From Bacteroidota bacterium (lineage in GTDB: Bacteria > Bacteroidota > Bacteroidia > J057 > JADKCL01): a DNA stretch of 64,000 bases. The stretch's first letter is position 1. The number at the start of each line of letters is the position of its first letter. The notes beneath the pieces were generated by a model. The model did not search any database. It was not told where the DNA came from and saw only the letters and a list, made by a program, of their open reading frames with translations. Positions 1 through 7,977 of this stretch are shown piece after piece. The DNA is taken from contig JADKCL010000026.1 of assembly GCA_016718825.1 (NCBI GenBank), forward strand, positions 7,819 through 71,818, in the 5' to 3' direction. Position numbers and translations under genes: made by a program.

Positions 1-1070
1 CGGCTTCGCCCGCTTTGACAACCACTTATGTTGTGACCGTGACCGACTCGATCGGCTGTGTCGGCACTGACAGTGTAACCGTTACTCCAAGTGCTGCTGT
101 GGTCGCAGATGCAGGTCCAGACTTGGCACTTTGCTTCGGCTCGTCCGCAACCTTGGGAGGTTCCCCCTCCGGCAGCGGCGGAACAGGTGCTTTGACCTAC
201 CTTTGGTCACCGGCCACGGACCTTTCGTCGACGACGGTTGCCAATCCAACCGTGACTCCGACGAGTAGCAATACCTATATGCTCACCGTAACCGATTCCT
301 TGGGTTGTTTTGCGATGGATACCGCGATGGTTGACACCAACAGTCAGCTGATTCACGACAGCACGACCTTTGTTTACACAGGCTCCGCGCAAATGTTTGT
401 CGTACCTGGCTGTGTGGACAGCATCACGATGGATGTCTACGGGGCACAAGGCGGCGCCAACTGGATCAACAACACCAACTTCGGCGGACGTGTACGTGCG
501 AAAATTGCGGTGACACCCGGCGAAACCCTCATGGTCTATGTCGGTCAGCAGCCCACAACTGGAACCGTTGCCGGCTGGAATGGCGGTGGTGCAGGTGACG
601 GTGCTGGCAAAGGTGGCGGTGGCGCGTCGGATGTACGCCGTGGAGGCACGACGCTCAATGACCGCATCATCGTTGGCGGTGCAGGTGGCGGCGCAGGCTA
701 CTGGAGCAGCCTTCATGTAGTCGGTGGCGTCGGTGGCGGCTTGACAGGTGGAAATGGCTACCGGGATCCAAGTTTTAGCGCCAATCCTGGCGGGCTGGGT
801 GCAGGCCAATCTGCTGGGGGTGCCAATGGCACCTGTGCCTCCTTTAACAATGTCCTGATGGCCGGCTCCTTTGGGCAGGGCGGAACTCCGCTCTCCTTCA
901 ATTGCGGATGCGAAGGCTACGGCGGCGGCGGCGGATGGTATGGCGGTGCGGGTAGCGGTAACTGCCGGGGCGCAGGTGGCGGCAGCAGCTACACCATTCC
1001 CACAGCAACCAACGTGCAGCATTTCCAAGGTGTGCGCGTCGGAAACGGCCAAGTGAAATTGGTCTGGTAA
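1..1070 (+). CDS. 5'-truncated secreted repeat protein: SprB/CHU-type 'TVTDSxGC' adhesin repeats followed by a C-terminal glycine-rich domain (Pfam Gly_rich/PF12810-like, the ALK/LTK glycine-rich domain family)
   Basis: The frame is open from the window edge to TAA 1068-1070, with no stop between nt 3 and the ORF-track start at 15. Repeats 'VVTVTDSIGCVGTDSVTV' and 'YMLTVTDSLGCFAMDTAMV' are present. The last ~240 aa read 'FVYTGSAQMFVVPGCVDSITMDVYGAQGG', then GGxGG runs, then 'GNGQVKLVW'. No T9SS sorting domain. Confidence 0.75.
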   Translation, partial: ASPALTTTYVVTVTDSIGCVGTDSVTVTPSAAVVADAGPDLALCFGSSATLGGSPSGSGGTGALTYLWSPATDLSSTTVANPTVTPTSSNTYMLTVTDSLGCFAMDTAMVDTNSQLIHDSTTFVYTGSAQMFVVPGCVDSITMDVYGAQGGANWINNTNFGGRVRAKIAVTPGETLMVYVGQQPTTGTVAGWNGGGAGDGAGKGGGGASDVRRGGTTLNDRIIVGGAGGGAGYWSSLHVVGGVGGGLTGGNGYRDPSFSANPGGLGAGQSAGGANGTCASFNNVLMAGSFGQGGTPLSFNCGCEGYGGGGGWYGGAGSGNCRGAGGGSSYTIPTATNVQHFQGVRVGNGQVKLVW

Positions 1071-1092
1071 AATAGTTAATCCAGCATTTCTA

Positions 1093-1136
1093 AATGTCCG
1101 GGAAAAGGTCCAAACCTTGTTCCGGACATTTTTTTA
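1093..1136 (+). terminator. Rho-independent terminator after the glycine-rich protein gene
   Basis: Stem AATGTCCGG (1093-1101) pairs with CCGGACATT (1122-1130). There is an inner AAGGT/ACCTT pairing. A T-run follows at 1129-1136. Confidence 0.6.
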
Positions 1137-1165
1137 TCAAGATAAAGTTGTAATTCATTTTCCCT

Positions 1166-1195
1166 CGTACGGACAGGTCGCGACCTGTCCGTACG
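1166..1195. repeat. Perfect 30-bp palindrome CGTACGGACAGGTCG|CGACCTGTCCGTACG
   Basis: Read directly: 1166-1180 is the exact reverse complement of 1181-1195, with no loop. It lies in an ORF-poor spacer. Confidence 0.9.
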
Positions 1196-1281
1196 GGAGA
1201 AGGCTGTGTATTGGAAGCCTACGAAGATTGGTATCGAAAAATGCCTTTGTCCTGCGAGTATAGGACACACCCTGAAAAGCT

Positions 1282-1322
1282 AAAAAAGCAAAGCGTCGGG
1301 GCCATGCATTGCACCCGACGCT
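1282..1322 (-). terminator. Minus-strand rho-independent terminator with no obvious gene immediately upstream
   Basis: On the minus strand, AGCGTCGGG (1322-1314) pairs with CCCGACGCT (1300-1292) across a 13-nt loop, followed by TTGCTTTTTT (1291-1282). Confidence 0.5.
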
Positions 1323-1848
1323 GCCATTTGCGCGCCAAAATTTGCAAGAGAACGTGGACAATTTCTCTGACAGTCAATGTGCGCGCAAGGTTTCTTATTC
1401 CTTCCTTTGGGTCAAACGGTGACGCTTCCAATTTCTGCATCGCAGATTGGAGCGCATTTTGTCATCCCAGGCAAACCAGAGATGTTGTGCATTTCGTTTG
1501 GCGCGGCATCCGTTTTCGTGGTACCCTTCTTCGTTGCGTTCGGTAGCCGCGCGGCGCTCGTTGGTCGTCTTCGGACGTCGCCAGTTCGGCTTCCGCCAAT
1601 AGGTGCAACGGGGCAACGGTTCCGGCCAATTGCGAAAACCAGGCCGCTTTTTTCGATTTTTATGCGTCATTTTTCATCCAGGTAATTACCTAGATGAATG
1701 CAGTGGGATAGGTCAAATAGTCTTTCATCAGCAGCAGAACTTTAAATCTGAATGGAAATTAGGCAAAGGAAATTCAGGGCTGACAGATTCAGATGTGATC
1801 CGTCAGAATGCAGGGCTGTTCGGGAAAATGGAGTGGGGGAGCGGTTGC

Positions 1849-2592
1849 TCAGGAATTGGCTGATGCAGGGCGAAGTGGATCGTTAGGCTGCTGATCCATC
1901 TCCAACTCCTTGATCACCATGATTTTTTGCCAGATTTTCTGGCTGAGGCTGGTTGTCAGTTCCTCGACTTCATTCACGGTTTGTAGTACCACGCTGTCGT
2001 CGATGGCTTGAGCATAGAGCGCGCCTACTTTACTTGTAAGCGATAGCATTTCGCTGCAATAGTCGAGATAGCGGGTCAATTGAGCAGGTGTCAGATCCAC
2101 TTTTGGCGAATGTTCCGTGTTTTGGGAGATTTGCCGACTCGGATCCTTGACCAGTTGATGCATGTCGATCACGTGGGCAATCGCCCGTAATTCGTAGAGA
2201 ACCTTGAGGGCACGGCTGCGTTTGACACGGTTCTCGACGCTGAAAAGGAAGAAGACTGCCGCACCAATCAGGACCACATCGTTCAATCCCGCCTCCGAAA
2301 TCTGCACCAAGTCGCCGACGGTGAAGTTCCCGCTTGCTACCTTAAACGTCGAAATGGTGTACAGCAGGATGGCGACCATCAAGACGATGATGCTGCCGAT
2401 GCCGATTCGAATCCAAAGCTTGGGGGTTTTGATCCATTCAATGCGTTGCCGCGTGACCTCTGCGAGGTCCTCCAATTCCTTGCAGACCTTGCCCAATCCG
2501 GAACCCGGAAACCGGTCTTCGATGCGCAACTCGAGGTGGCGAATCGTTTCGATCACCTTTTTAACATCGAGACTGCGGTAGCGGGTGCCCAT
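1849..2592 (-). CDS. Conserved hypothetical membrane protein (two central hydrophobic helices)
   Basis: 247-aa ORF. Hydrophobic segments are 'LWIRIGIGSIIVLMVAILLYTI' and 'VVLIGAAVFFLFSV'. No family recognised. Confidence 0.7.
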   Translation of the reverse strand: MGTRYRSLDVKKVIETIRHLELRIEDRFPGSGLGKVCKELEDLAEVTRQRIEWIKTPKLWIRIGIGSIIVLMVAILLYTISTFKVASGNFTVGDLVQISEAGLNDVVLIGAAVFFLFSVENRVKRSRALKVLYELRAIAHVIDMHQLVKDPSRQISQNTEHSPKVDLTPAQLTRYLDYCSEMLSLTSKVGALYAQAIDDSVVLQTVNEVEELTTSLSQKIWQKIMVIKELEMDQQPNDPLRPASANS

Positions 2593-3110
2593 TCGAACTT
2601 TTCTTTCCTAAAAATAACGGATTCCCCTCGAATTGCCAACGGCTCAAGCGCCGCAGCACTTTTGTACTTCAATCCGCTGCCACAGGGGCAAGGATCGTTG
2701 GCTCCCGGCATTTTGAGGGACTGGTGCTGCCCACTTGCATAGGTCCATTTCCCATCCACCTTTTCAAACGTCGAGCGCTCATGAATCCCGGACAATTTTC
2801 CAGCCTCCTTCGTCCAAGCGATGAAACGCACCGTTCCCCGTTCGTCGGAGGCCTTTCCTGCCTTGGTTTCCAGCACCTCCAACTTGAGGAACTGCGCAGA
2901 TCGGCACCATTTTTCGATGGCCGCAGCTTCTTGGTAGGGCAAAATGGACGGATGGCAAGTCGCGAGAATGTACGGCACACGCACGAGCGCATGAGCAGTG
3001 TACCGCGAACGCATCAACGCCTCCGCTGTCGGGGCAAGCGCCTGACCATCAATGTACGGCAGGCAACATTCCGCTAGTTCTTTGGTGCTTCCGCAGGGGC
3101 AGAGGGTCAT
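2553..3110 (-). CDS. ychJ: YchJ-family (UPF0225) protein with SEC-C motifs; the C-terminal SEC-C motif is disrupted by an apparent 1-nt deletion
   Basis: N-terminal 'CPCGS...CC' and the core 'AEALMRSRYTAHAL' are present. The C-terminal 'DPCPCGSGLKYK' should continue KCCGA*. That reading (AAG TGC TGC GGC GCT TGA, stop at 2644-2646) exists one frame over. The start ATG overlaps the upstream gene's stop (ATGA at 3107-3110). Confidence 0.8.
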   Translation of the reverse strand: MTLCPCGSTKELAECCLPYIDGQALAPTAEALMRSRYTAHALVRVPYILATCHPSILPYQEAAAIEKWCRSAQFLKLEVLETKAGKASDERGTVRFIAWTKEAGKLSGIHERSTFEKVDGKWTYASGQHQSLKMPGANDPCPCGSGLKYKSAAALEPLAIRGESVIFRKEKFEWAPATAVSMLKR

Positions 3111-3682
3111 GGGTTTTGGATGATGTCGGTAAGGTCAATATTGAATTCAGCTTCGATCGCAGTGGGGAAGGAGAGTTCTGGACGGTGTTTGGTCAGATAG
3201 GCGAAAAAGCGATCGCGGTCTGCTTCGCAAAGATACTCCATGACCTCCTTTAAGCGTCCGATATGCGCCTTCCGATGCACCAAGAGTTCCTCGTCATTGA
3301 GGCCTAAAAATTGGATAAGGTTACTGGCTTCTTTGTCCTCCGCATTTCTTGGATGAAATTCATCGTCTCGGTATGTCAACCTTTCATGCAGTACCTCGGG
3401 ATTCTGAAAAAATGAGCTGCCATCATAGGACCTTCGCAATTTAGCGCGATTGGCCCATGGAAGCACCGCGTAGTAATTGAAAAAGTCATCTTTATACTTG
3501 ATGGCAGGGTTTGAAATGTTCAATGTCAGTCGACAATAGACGTTCGGTGTAAGCGGATGCTCTTTGAGCAGTTCATTGCGTAATGCCCTATTCTTGAGCG
3601 CGTCATGGCCGTAAACCTTGCTCTTCTTCAAAATGGGCGAATCAGGATCTTTTCGTAGAAATTTCATTAGCAGGAAAACCAT
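3107..3682 (-). CDS. Hypothetical protein, translationally coupled to ychJ
   Basis: The ORF is open to 3790. The first plausible ATGs are at 3682 (MVFLLMKF) and 3667. No family recognised. Confidence 0.55.
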   Translation of the reverse strand: MVFLLMKFLRKDPDSPILKKSKVYGHDALKNRALRNELLKEHPLTPNVYCRLTLNISNPAIKYKDDFFNYYAVLPWANRAKLRRSYDGSSFFQNPEVLHERLTYRDDEFHPRNAEDKEASNLIQFLGLNDEELLVHRKAHIGRLKEVMEYLCEADRDRFFAYLTKHRPELSFPTAIEAEFNIDLTDIIQNP

Positions 3683-3863
3683 ATAGTCGTCCAAGTTCAA
3701 GGTAGGCTGTGGCAATGTCCTCTTTTTTGGAAGTATCGCCGTCTGCTTTGAGAAGGCGTTTGAGCTCCAAATATCGGCTCCAAGCCTCATTCCTTCTACC
3801 CACGCGCCGCTCCTTTCAACCGGGATGGGGTCGCCTCATTCCGCCTTGGGTTCTGGGTGGTGT

Positions 3864-3892
3864 GGGGTTGGGGGGGAGCGGGGGGTTCGGGG
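3864..3892 (+). other. Canonical G-quadruplex-forming motif G4-TT-G7-AGC-G6-TTC-G4
   Basis: Read directly from 'ggggttgggggggagcggggggttcgggg'. It is intergenic between two minus-strand genes, so it sits on the non-template strand for them. Confidence 0.6.
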
Positions 3893-4053
3893 TGCTTGTT
3901 TCTTGTGGCTCGTGCCTTCCCCGTCCCATTCGCTCCAACAAACAAACTGTCGGGCGGTCCGGATGCGTGGTCCGAACGTCTTGAAACTCTTAGCCTGCGC
4001 ACGCAGATTTGAGGCGGCCACTTTTTCAGCCCAGTTAAGCACTTGTCATGAAA

Positions 4054-4497
4054 TCAACGAAGGGAATCCCCCGGATTCTCCACCGAAACCTTCGCCAGAC
4101 TGTCCTGCACCCGAAGGGAATCCTGTCGCGCCTCCTCGGTCCACTTGGCATTCCGCGCGGCGATGTTGGCGTTGTCCCAGATGGTGATGCCGACAATGGC
4201 GCCGACCAATCCGGCGACGACAATCATCGCCAAAATCCACGGATGTTTGCGTCCAAATCGCCGAACCGGTGGGACATAGGTCAAAAACGCCCATATCGCC
4301 CAAAAAATCACGGTAGCACCGATCAATCCGATCGTCGCATCCCAATGATCTGGGAGCGGCGTTCCTTTGACTCTCAATTCCCACCCAAATGCCGTGTTCA
4401 AGACGCTGAGAAGGCTGAACAAGGCCATCAGTCCGCCAAACAACATAGCGATGGCGCCGGCAATTCCGCCTTTTTCTTGGTTTTGCTGATTTTGCAT
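4054..4497 (-). CDS. Small integral membrane protein (about 4 TM helices)
   Basis: 147-aa ORF with hydrophobic runs 'IAGAIAMLFGGLMALFSLLSVL', 'TIGLIGATVIFWAIWAFLTYV' and 'WILAMIVVAGLVGAIVGITIW'. Confidence 0.7.
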   Translation of the reverse strand: MQNQQNQEKGGIAGAIAMLFGGLMALFSLLSVLNTAFGWELRVKGTPLPDHWDATIGLIGATVIFWAIWAFLTYVPPVRRFGRKHPWILAMIVVAGLVGAIVGITIWDNANIAARNAKWTEEARQDSLRVQDSLAKVSVENPGDSLR

Positions 4498-4513
4498 CGG
4501 CTTTCGAAAGGAT

Positions 4514-5707
4514 TTATTCGGAGGCAGCCTTCAAAAATGCTGCAACTTCCTTGTGATCGTTGAGTTTTGCAATGTCGGCAGCGCGGTAGCCATTGGGGCC
4601 TTTGCGTGTTTTGGGATTTGCGCCTGCCTCAACCAAGAGCTTGACCATTTCCATGTCGCCTTGTTGTGCGGCAATCATCAATGGTGTAGTGAATTGGTCG
4701 TCAGCGAGTTCTGGTTGTGCCTCATGGCTGAGCAGGATACGGGCGACATCGTGTTGGCTTGTATAGGCGGTCAAAATCAACGGCGAAAGACCGTCGTAAT
4801 CTTGAAGATTGACGTCTGCGCCCTTGTCGATCATCAGAATGACCGCAACTGTGTTGCCCAGTTCAGAGGCAGCCATGAGGGGTGTAAGCCCCGACTTGTC
4901 TTGGGCGTCCACGTGCGCACCGCGTGTGAGCAGGAGTTGCAGGATTTCGACGTGGCCATTGGTGGCGGCAACATGTAGCGGTGTGATCTGCTCGATTCCT
5001 TTTTCAGCATCTGTGGCGCGGATATTCACGTCGGCACCTTTGTCCAGCAGGGCTTCGACGACAGCAACCTGCTTGCGGGCCGCAGCCATGACCAACGCCG
5101 GAATGCTTCGTTTGCTCCGTGCATCGGGTTTTGCGCCCGCCTTGATCATCTCCAACGCAACTGATTCTTCGTGGTTTTGGATGGCATTCAGCAATTTTGC
5201 ATTGAGGTTGTCTTGCTGCGAACCCGTTTTTGCGACCTCGATGTCTTCTTCCTTGGTGAATTTGGGTTTGGCACCCGCTTCCAGCAGAAGCCCCATGACT
5301 TCGGTATGGCCGCTTTCGGCGCAAAGCATCAAGGCGGTGAATCCATTTTTGTCGATGGCTTCCAAATTGGGACTTTTGGCAAGCAAAACCTGCGCGATCT
5401 CGAATTGCCCGTTTTTGGCGGCCATCATCATCGCATTGGTACCTTCCTCGTCTGCCGCGGAAATTGACGCGCCTCTGTCCAAATAAATGATCACCAAGGG
5501 TGTATGGCCCAATTTGGTGGCGAGCAGAAGGGGTGTGCGACCGTTGCCGTCATGGCATTCGAGTTTTGCGCCTTTGCCCAATGCGGCCATTGCCTCTTCC
5601 AGGTCGCCGACAATACTTGCCCGCAGCAAATCATTTTCAGCTGCAGTCTGCGCTTGAAGGCTTACGGCCGCCAAAACCATCAAAAATCCGAACCAGAGTC
5701 TTTTCAT
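4514..5707 (-). CDS. Secreted or periplasmic ankyrin-repeat protein (about 10-11 repeats)
   Basis: Signal peptide 'MKRLWFGFLMVLAAVSLQAQT'. Repeated ankyrin consensus 'G.TPL..A...GH.E....LL..GA..N'. Confidence 0.9.
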   Translation of the reverse strand: MKRLWFGFLMVLAAVSLQAQTAAENDLLRASIVGDLEEAMAALGKGAKLECHDGNGRTPLLLATKLGHTPLVIIYLDRGASISAADEEGTNAMMMAAKNGQFEIAQVLLAKSPNLEAIDKNGFTALMLCAESGHTEVMGLLLEAGAKPKFTKEEDIEVAKTGSQQDNLNAKLLNAIQNHEESVALEMIKAGAKPDARSKRSIPALVMAAARKQVAVVEALLDKGADVNIRATDAEKGIEQITPLHVAATNGHVEILQLLLTRGAHVDAQDKSGLTPLMAASELGNTVAVILMIDKGADVNLQDYDGLSPLILTAYTSQHDVARILLSHEAQPELADDQFTTPLMIAAQQGDMEMVKLLVEAGANPKTRKGPNGYRAADIAKLNDHKEVAAFLKAASE

Positions 5708-5896
5708 TCGCCCAATCTAAAGTTCACTTCAGTTTTGGCAAAAATCGTTCCGCAATCCTGTTTCTGCAAACAGGTTTTGTCCACCATGGACATTGGACAA
5801 TTTTTCTCCAAAATCTTCATCCATGGTGATAGCAATTTCGTAAAGATGGATAGCTATTAAATAGTAGTTGATAGTATTACTTTAGTGTTAACGAAA

Positions 5897-6745
5897 ATGA
5901 AACTCGAAAAAAATTACACAGCAAAACCCGGTATGCCTTTTATCGCCTTGGTATTGGCAATGCTTGGCGGTTCGATCGCGGGAATCATCCTGTTGCATTC
6001 CGCTTGGTTTGCCATCGGCATCACGTTGGCGGTGATTCTCTCGCTCGGATTTATCGTGGTTCAGCCCAATCATTCGGTCGTTTTGGTCTTTTTTGGAACC
6101 TACAAAGGCACCTTGAAAGACAATGGAATTTGGTGGGTCAATCCATTTTTCTCCAAGAAATCGGTTTCCCTTCGCGCACGCAACCTCGACCGCGAACCGG
6201 TGAAAGTCAACGACAAACTCGGCAACCCGATTATGATCGGCGTCGTTTTGGTATGGCGTGTGCAGGATACCTACAAGGCAGCGTTGGAGGTGGATTCCTA
6301 CGAAAACTTCGTCAAGATCCAGAGTGAATCGGCCATCCGTCAACTCGCGACGCACTTTGCCTACGACAAATTTGACGACGAGGAAACCGATATCTCGCTG
6401 CGCGATGGGGGAGAAGAGGTGAATGGAATCCTCGAAGAAACCTTGCGTCACCGCTTGGAAATCGCCGGCATCGAAGTCATTGAAGCACGAATCGCCTACC
6501 TCGCTTATGCACAGGAGATTGCAGGTGCAATGTTGCAAAGGCAGCAGGCCACGGCGATCGTGGCAGCTCGCAAGAAGATCGTTGAAGGTGCTGTGAGCAT
6601 GGTCGAAATGGCTTTGCATCAACTCAGCGAAAAGGACGTCGTGCATCTCGACGATGCCAAAAAAGCCGCCATGGTCACCAACCTGATGGTGGTCCTTTGC
6701 TCAGACCGCGCCGCAACGCCGATGGTCAATGCAGGCGTGGAATAG
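5897..6745 (+). CDS. SPFH/band-7 (stomatin/prohibitin-like) domain membrane protein
   Basis: N-terminal TM region, then 'SVVLVFFGTYKGTLKDNGIWWVNPF', 'SLRARNLD...VKVNDKLGNPIMIGVVLVWRV' and an Ala/Gln-rich coiled tail. The first ATG is at 5897 (the ORF-track start at 5885 is GTG). Confidence 0.8.
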   Translation: MKLEKNYTAKPGMPFIALVLAMLGGSIAGIILLHSAWFAIGITLAVILSLGFIVVQPNHSVVLVFFGTYKGTLKDNGIWWVNPFFSKKSVSLRARNLDREPVKVNDKLGNPIMIGVVLVWRVQDTYKAALEVDSYENFVKIQSESAIRQLATHFAYDKFDDEETDISLRDGGEEVNGILEETLRHRLEIAGIEVIEARIAYLAYAQEIAGAMLQRQQATAIVAARKKIVEGAVSMVEMALHQLSEKDVVHLDDAKKAAMVTNLMVVLCSDRAATPMVNAGVE

Positions 6746-6750
6746 TTGTA

Positions 6751-6880
6751 AGTGAAAAGTGAAAAGTGAAAAGTTCGGTTGGAGCCCAATCGAACTTTTC
6801 ATTTATAGCTTTCCGCTTTTCACTTATAGCTTTTCACTTATAGCTTTCCGCTTTTCACTTATAGCTTTTCACTTTTCACT
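6751..6880. repeat. Heptamer-based repeat block: (AGTGAAA)x3, a hairpin, then inverted TTTCACT-containing 35-nt units x2
   Basis: AGTGAAA is repeated three times at 6751-6771. A hairpin joins TGAAAAGTTCG (6767-6777) and CGAACTTTTCA (6791-6801). The 35-nt unit TATAGCTTTCCGCTTTTCACTTATAGCTTTTCACT occurs at 6804-6838 and 6839-6873, plus TTTCACT at 6874-6880. Confidence 0.9.
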
Positions 6881-7804
6881 CAATACGTATTTGCCGTTCT
6901 GGATCTTGTACCGGAGTGTCTCGGAGAATTTGACAATCGGACCATCGCCGTCGTGGCCGTCCTTGGGGCGGGTGCCTTTGCGGGTGAGGATCAATTCGAA
7001 GGGCGCACCGGCTTCCTTTTCCTGAAAGCTGATTTCTGTATCATATTTGAATGCCCCAGGTTCCGTTTTGGGATCGGCAAACATGCCTTCGTTGTTGTAG
7101 CTCGTGTTTTCCGTGAGGAGAATGTTGAATTTCCCGTCCACAAGACCCAAAATTTCGATTTGCCTTTCCGTGATCCCCTGCGCCGTATAGCCGTCGTTGA
7201 AGATCACGCCGTACATGTCGGGCCCGATTTTTACGAGTTTGTTGGCGGGCAACTGCCCCCACGAACCCATTTCGCCGAGGTCTTTTTGGAGGGCTTCAAT
7301 AAACCAGGCTCCGTCAATTTGCTGAAACATCGCCGCCCCGAGGATGGGTGCGCAGGCATGGCAATCTTCCCAACCGTCCTTCTCTCGGCTCAAAGTTTCG
7401 GTAAGCAGGAGCATCTTTTTCCCTTGGCTTGTTTCCAACGGATAAGAACCCGCAGCGCGGGTAAACAAAACGCCTTTTCCCGCAGCCTTGCTTTCAAATC
7501 GTTTGGCTTCGTGCGGCTTGCAGACCCATTGCGAACATTCGATGTTCTTGTCATAGAGTCCGAAGATCACCTCCATTGCGGCCGGCACTGTAAATGCGCC
7601 TTCGATGTATTGTTTGTGCGAGGAGTCGTCGGCACTGCTGTCCGTTCGCACGACACTCAATGCATTCGAGGTCGAATCCCCTCCATTGAGTGCGGTCGTA
7701 TCGGTTCCGGTGCTATCCGTACTCCCGTTGGGATACGTGTCGGCGGTGGGTTGACAGGCCGTCAGCGACACAACAAGCAACCCCAAAAGCAAGCGATTTT
7801 TCAT
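6869..7804 (-). CDS. Lipoprotein, function unknown
   Basis: Lipobox 'LLVVSLTAC'. 311-aa ORF. The last codons, AGT GAA AAG TGA (SEK*), are made from the heptamer repeat. Confidence 0.8.
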   Translation of the reverse strand: MKNRLLLGLLVVSLTACQPTADTYPNGSTDSTGTDTTALNGGDSTSNALSVVRTDSSADDSSHKQYIEGAFTVPAAMEVIFGLYDKNIECSQWVCKPHEAKRFESKAAGKGVLFTRAAGSYPLETSQGKKMLLLTETLSREKDGWEDCHACAPILGAAMFQQIDGAWFIEALQKDLGEMGSWGQLPANKLVKIGPDMYGVIFNDGYTAQGITERQIEILGLVDGKFNILLTENTSYNNEGMFADPKTEPGAFKYDTEISFQEKEAGAPFELILTRKGTRPKDGHDGDGPIVKFSETLRYKIQNGKYVLSEK

Positions 7805-7977
7805 GGACAGTATTTTCTGTGATCGAAATTAGGGAAAATTCGATGGATGCGTTGCATTGGGGCAAAGATCATCGCGCATGTCGGACGGTGTTTTGGAATT
7901 TTGACGCTGTCTGGTTTATTTCGAATGTCGATGAAACCTCTTCACAGACATTCACCTTTCATACATCTGAATTTATT

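Noticed and set aside
3796-4223. Several 60-170-aa ORFs on both strands in the GC-rich spacer and over the membrane-protein gene.
   Set aside because: Their Pro/Gly/Arg-rich low-complexity translations are generated by the G/C tracts. They overlap each other and the better-supported membrane-protein ORF (4054-4497).
6751-6880. Whether the repeat blocks here and at 47089-47254 are CRISPR arrays.
   Set aside because: The units are 7 nt (or 35 nt without spacers), directly abutting, with no unique spacers of about 30 nt and no cas genes in the window.
7690-7977. N-terminal extensions suggested by the ORF track (7690-7977 here; also 9634-9726, 9634-9789 on the minus strand, 42812-42910, 47668-47757, 47773-48006 and 42392-42472).
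   Set aside because: These stretches begin at alternative start codons, overlap neighbouring genes or conserved protein starts, and lack protein-like sequence. Conserved N-termini ([37 protein letters not shown] and others) begin downstream.
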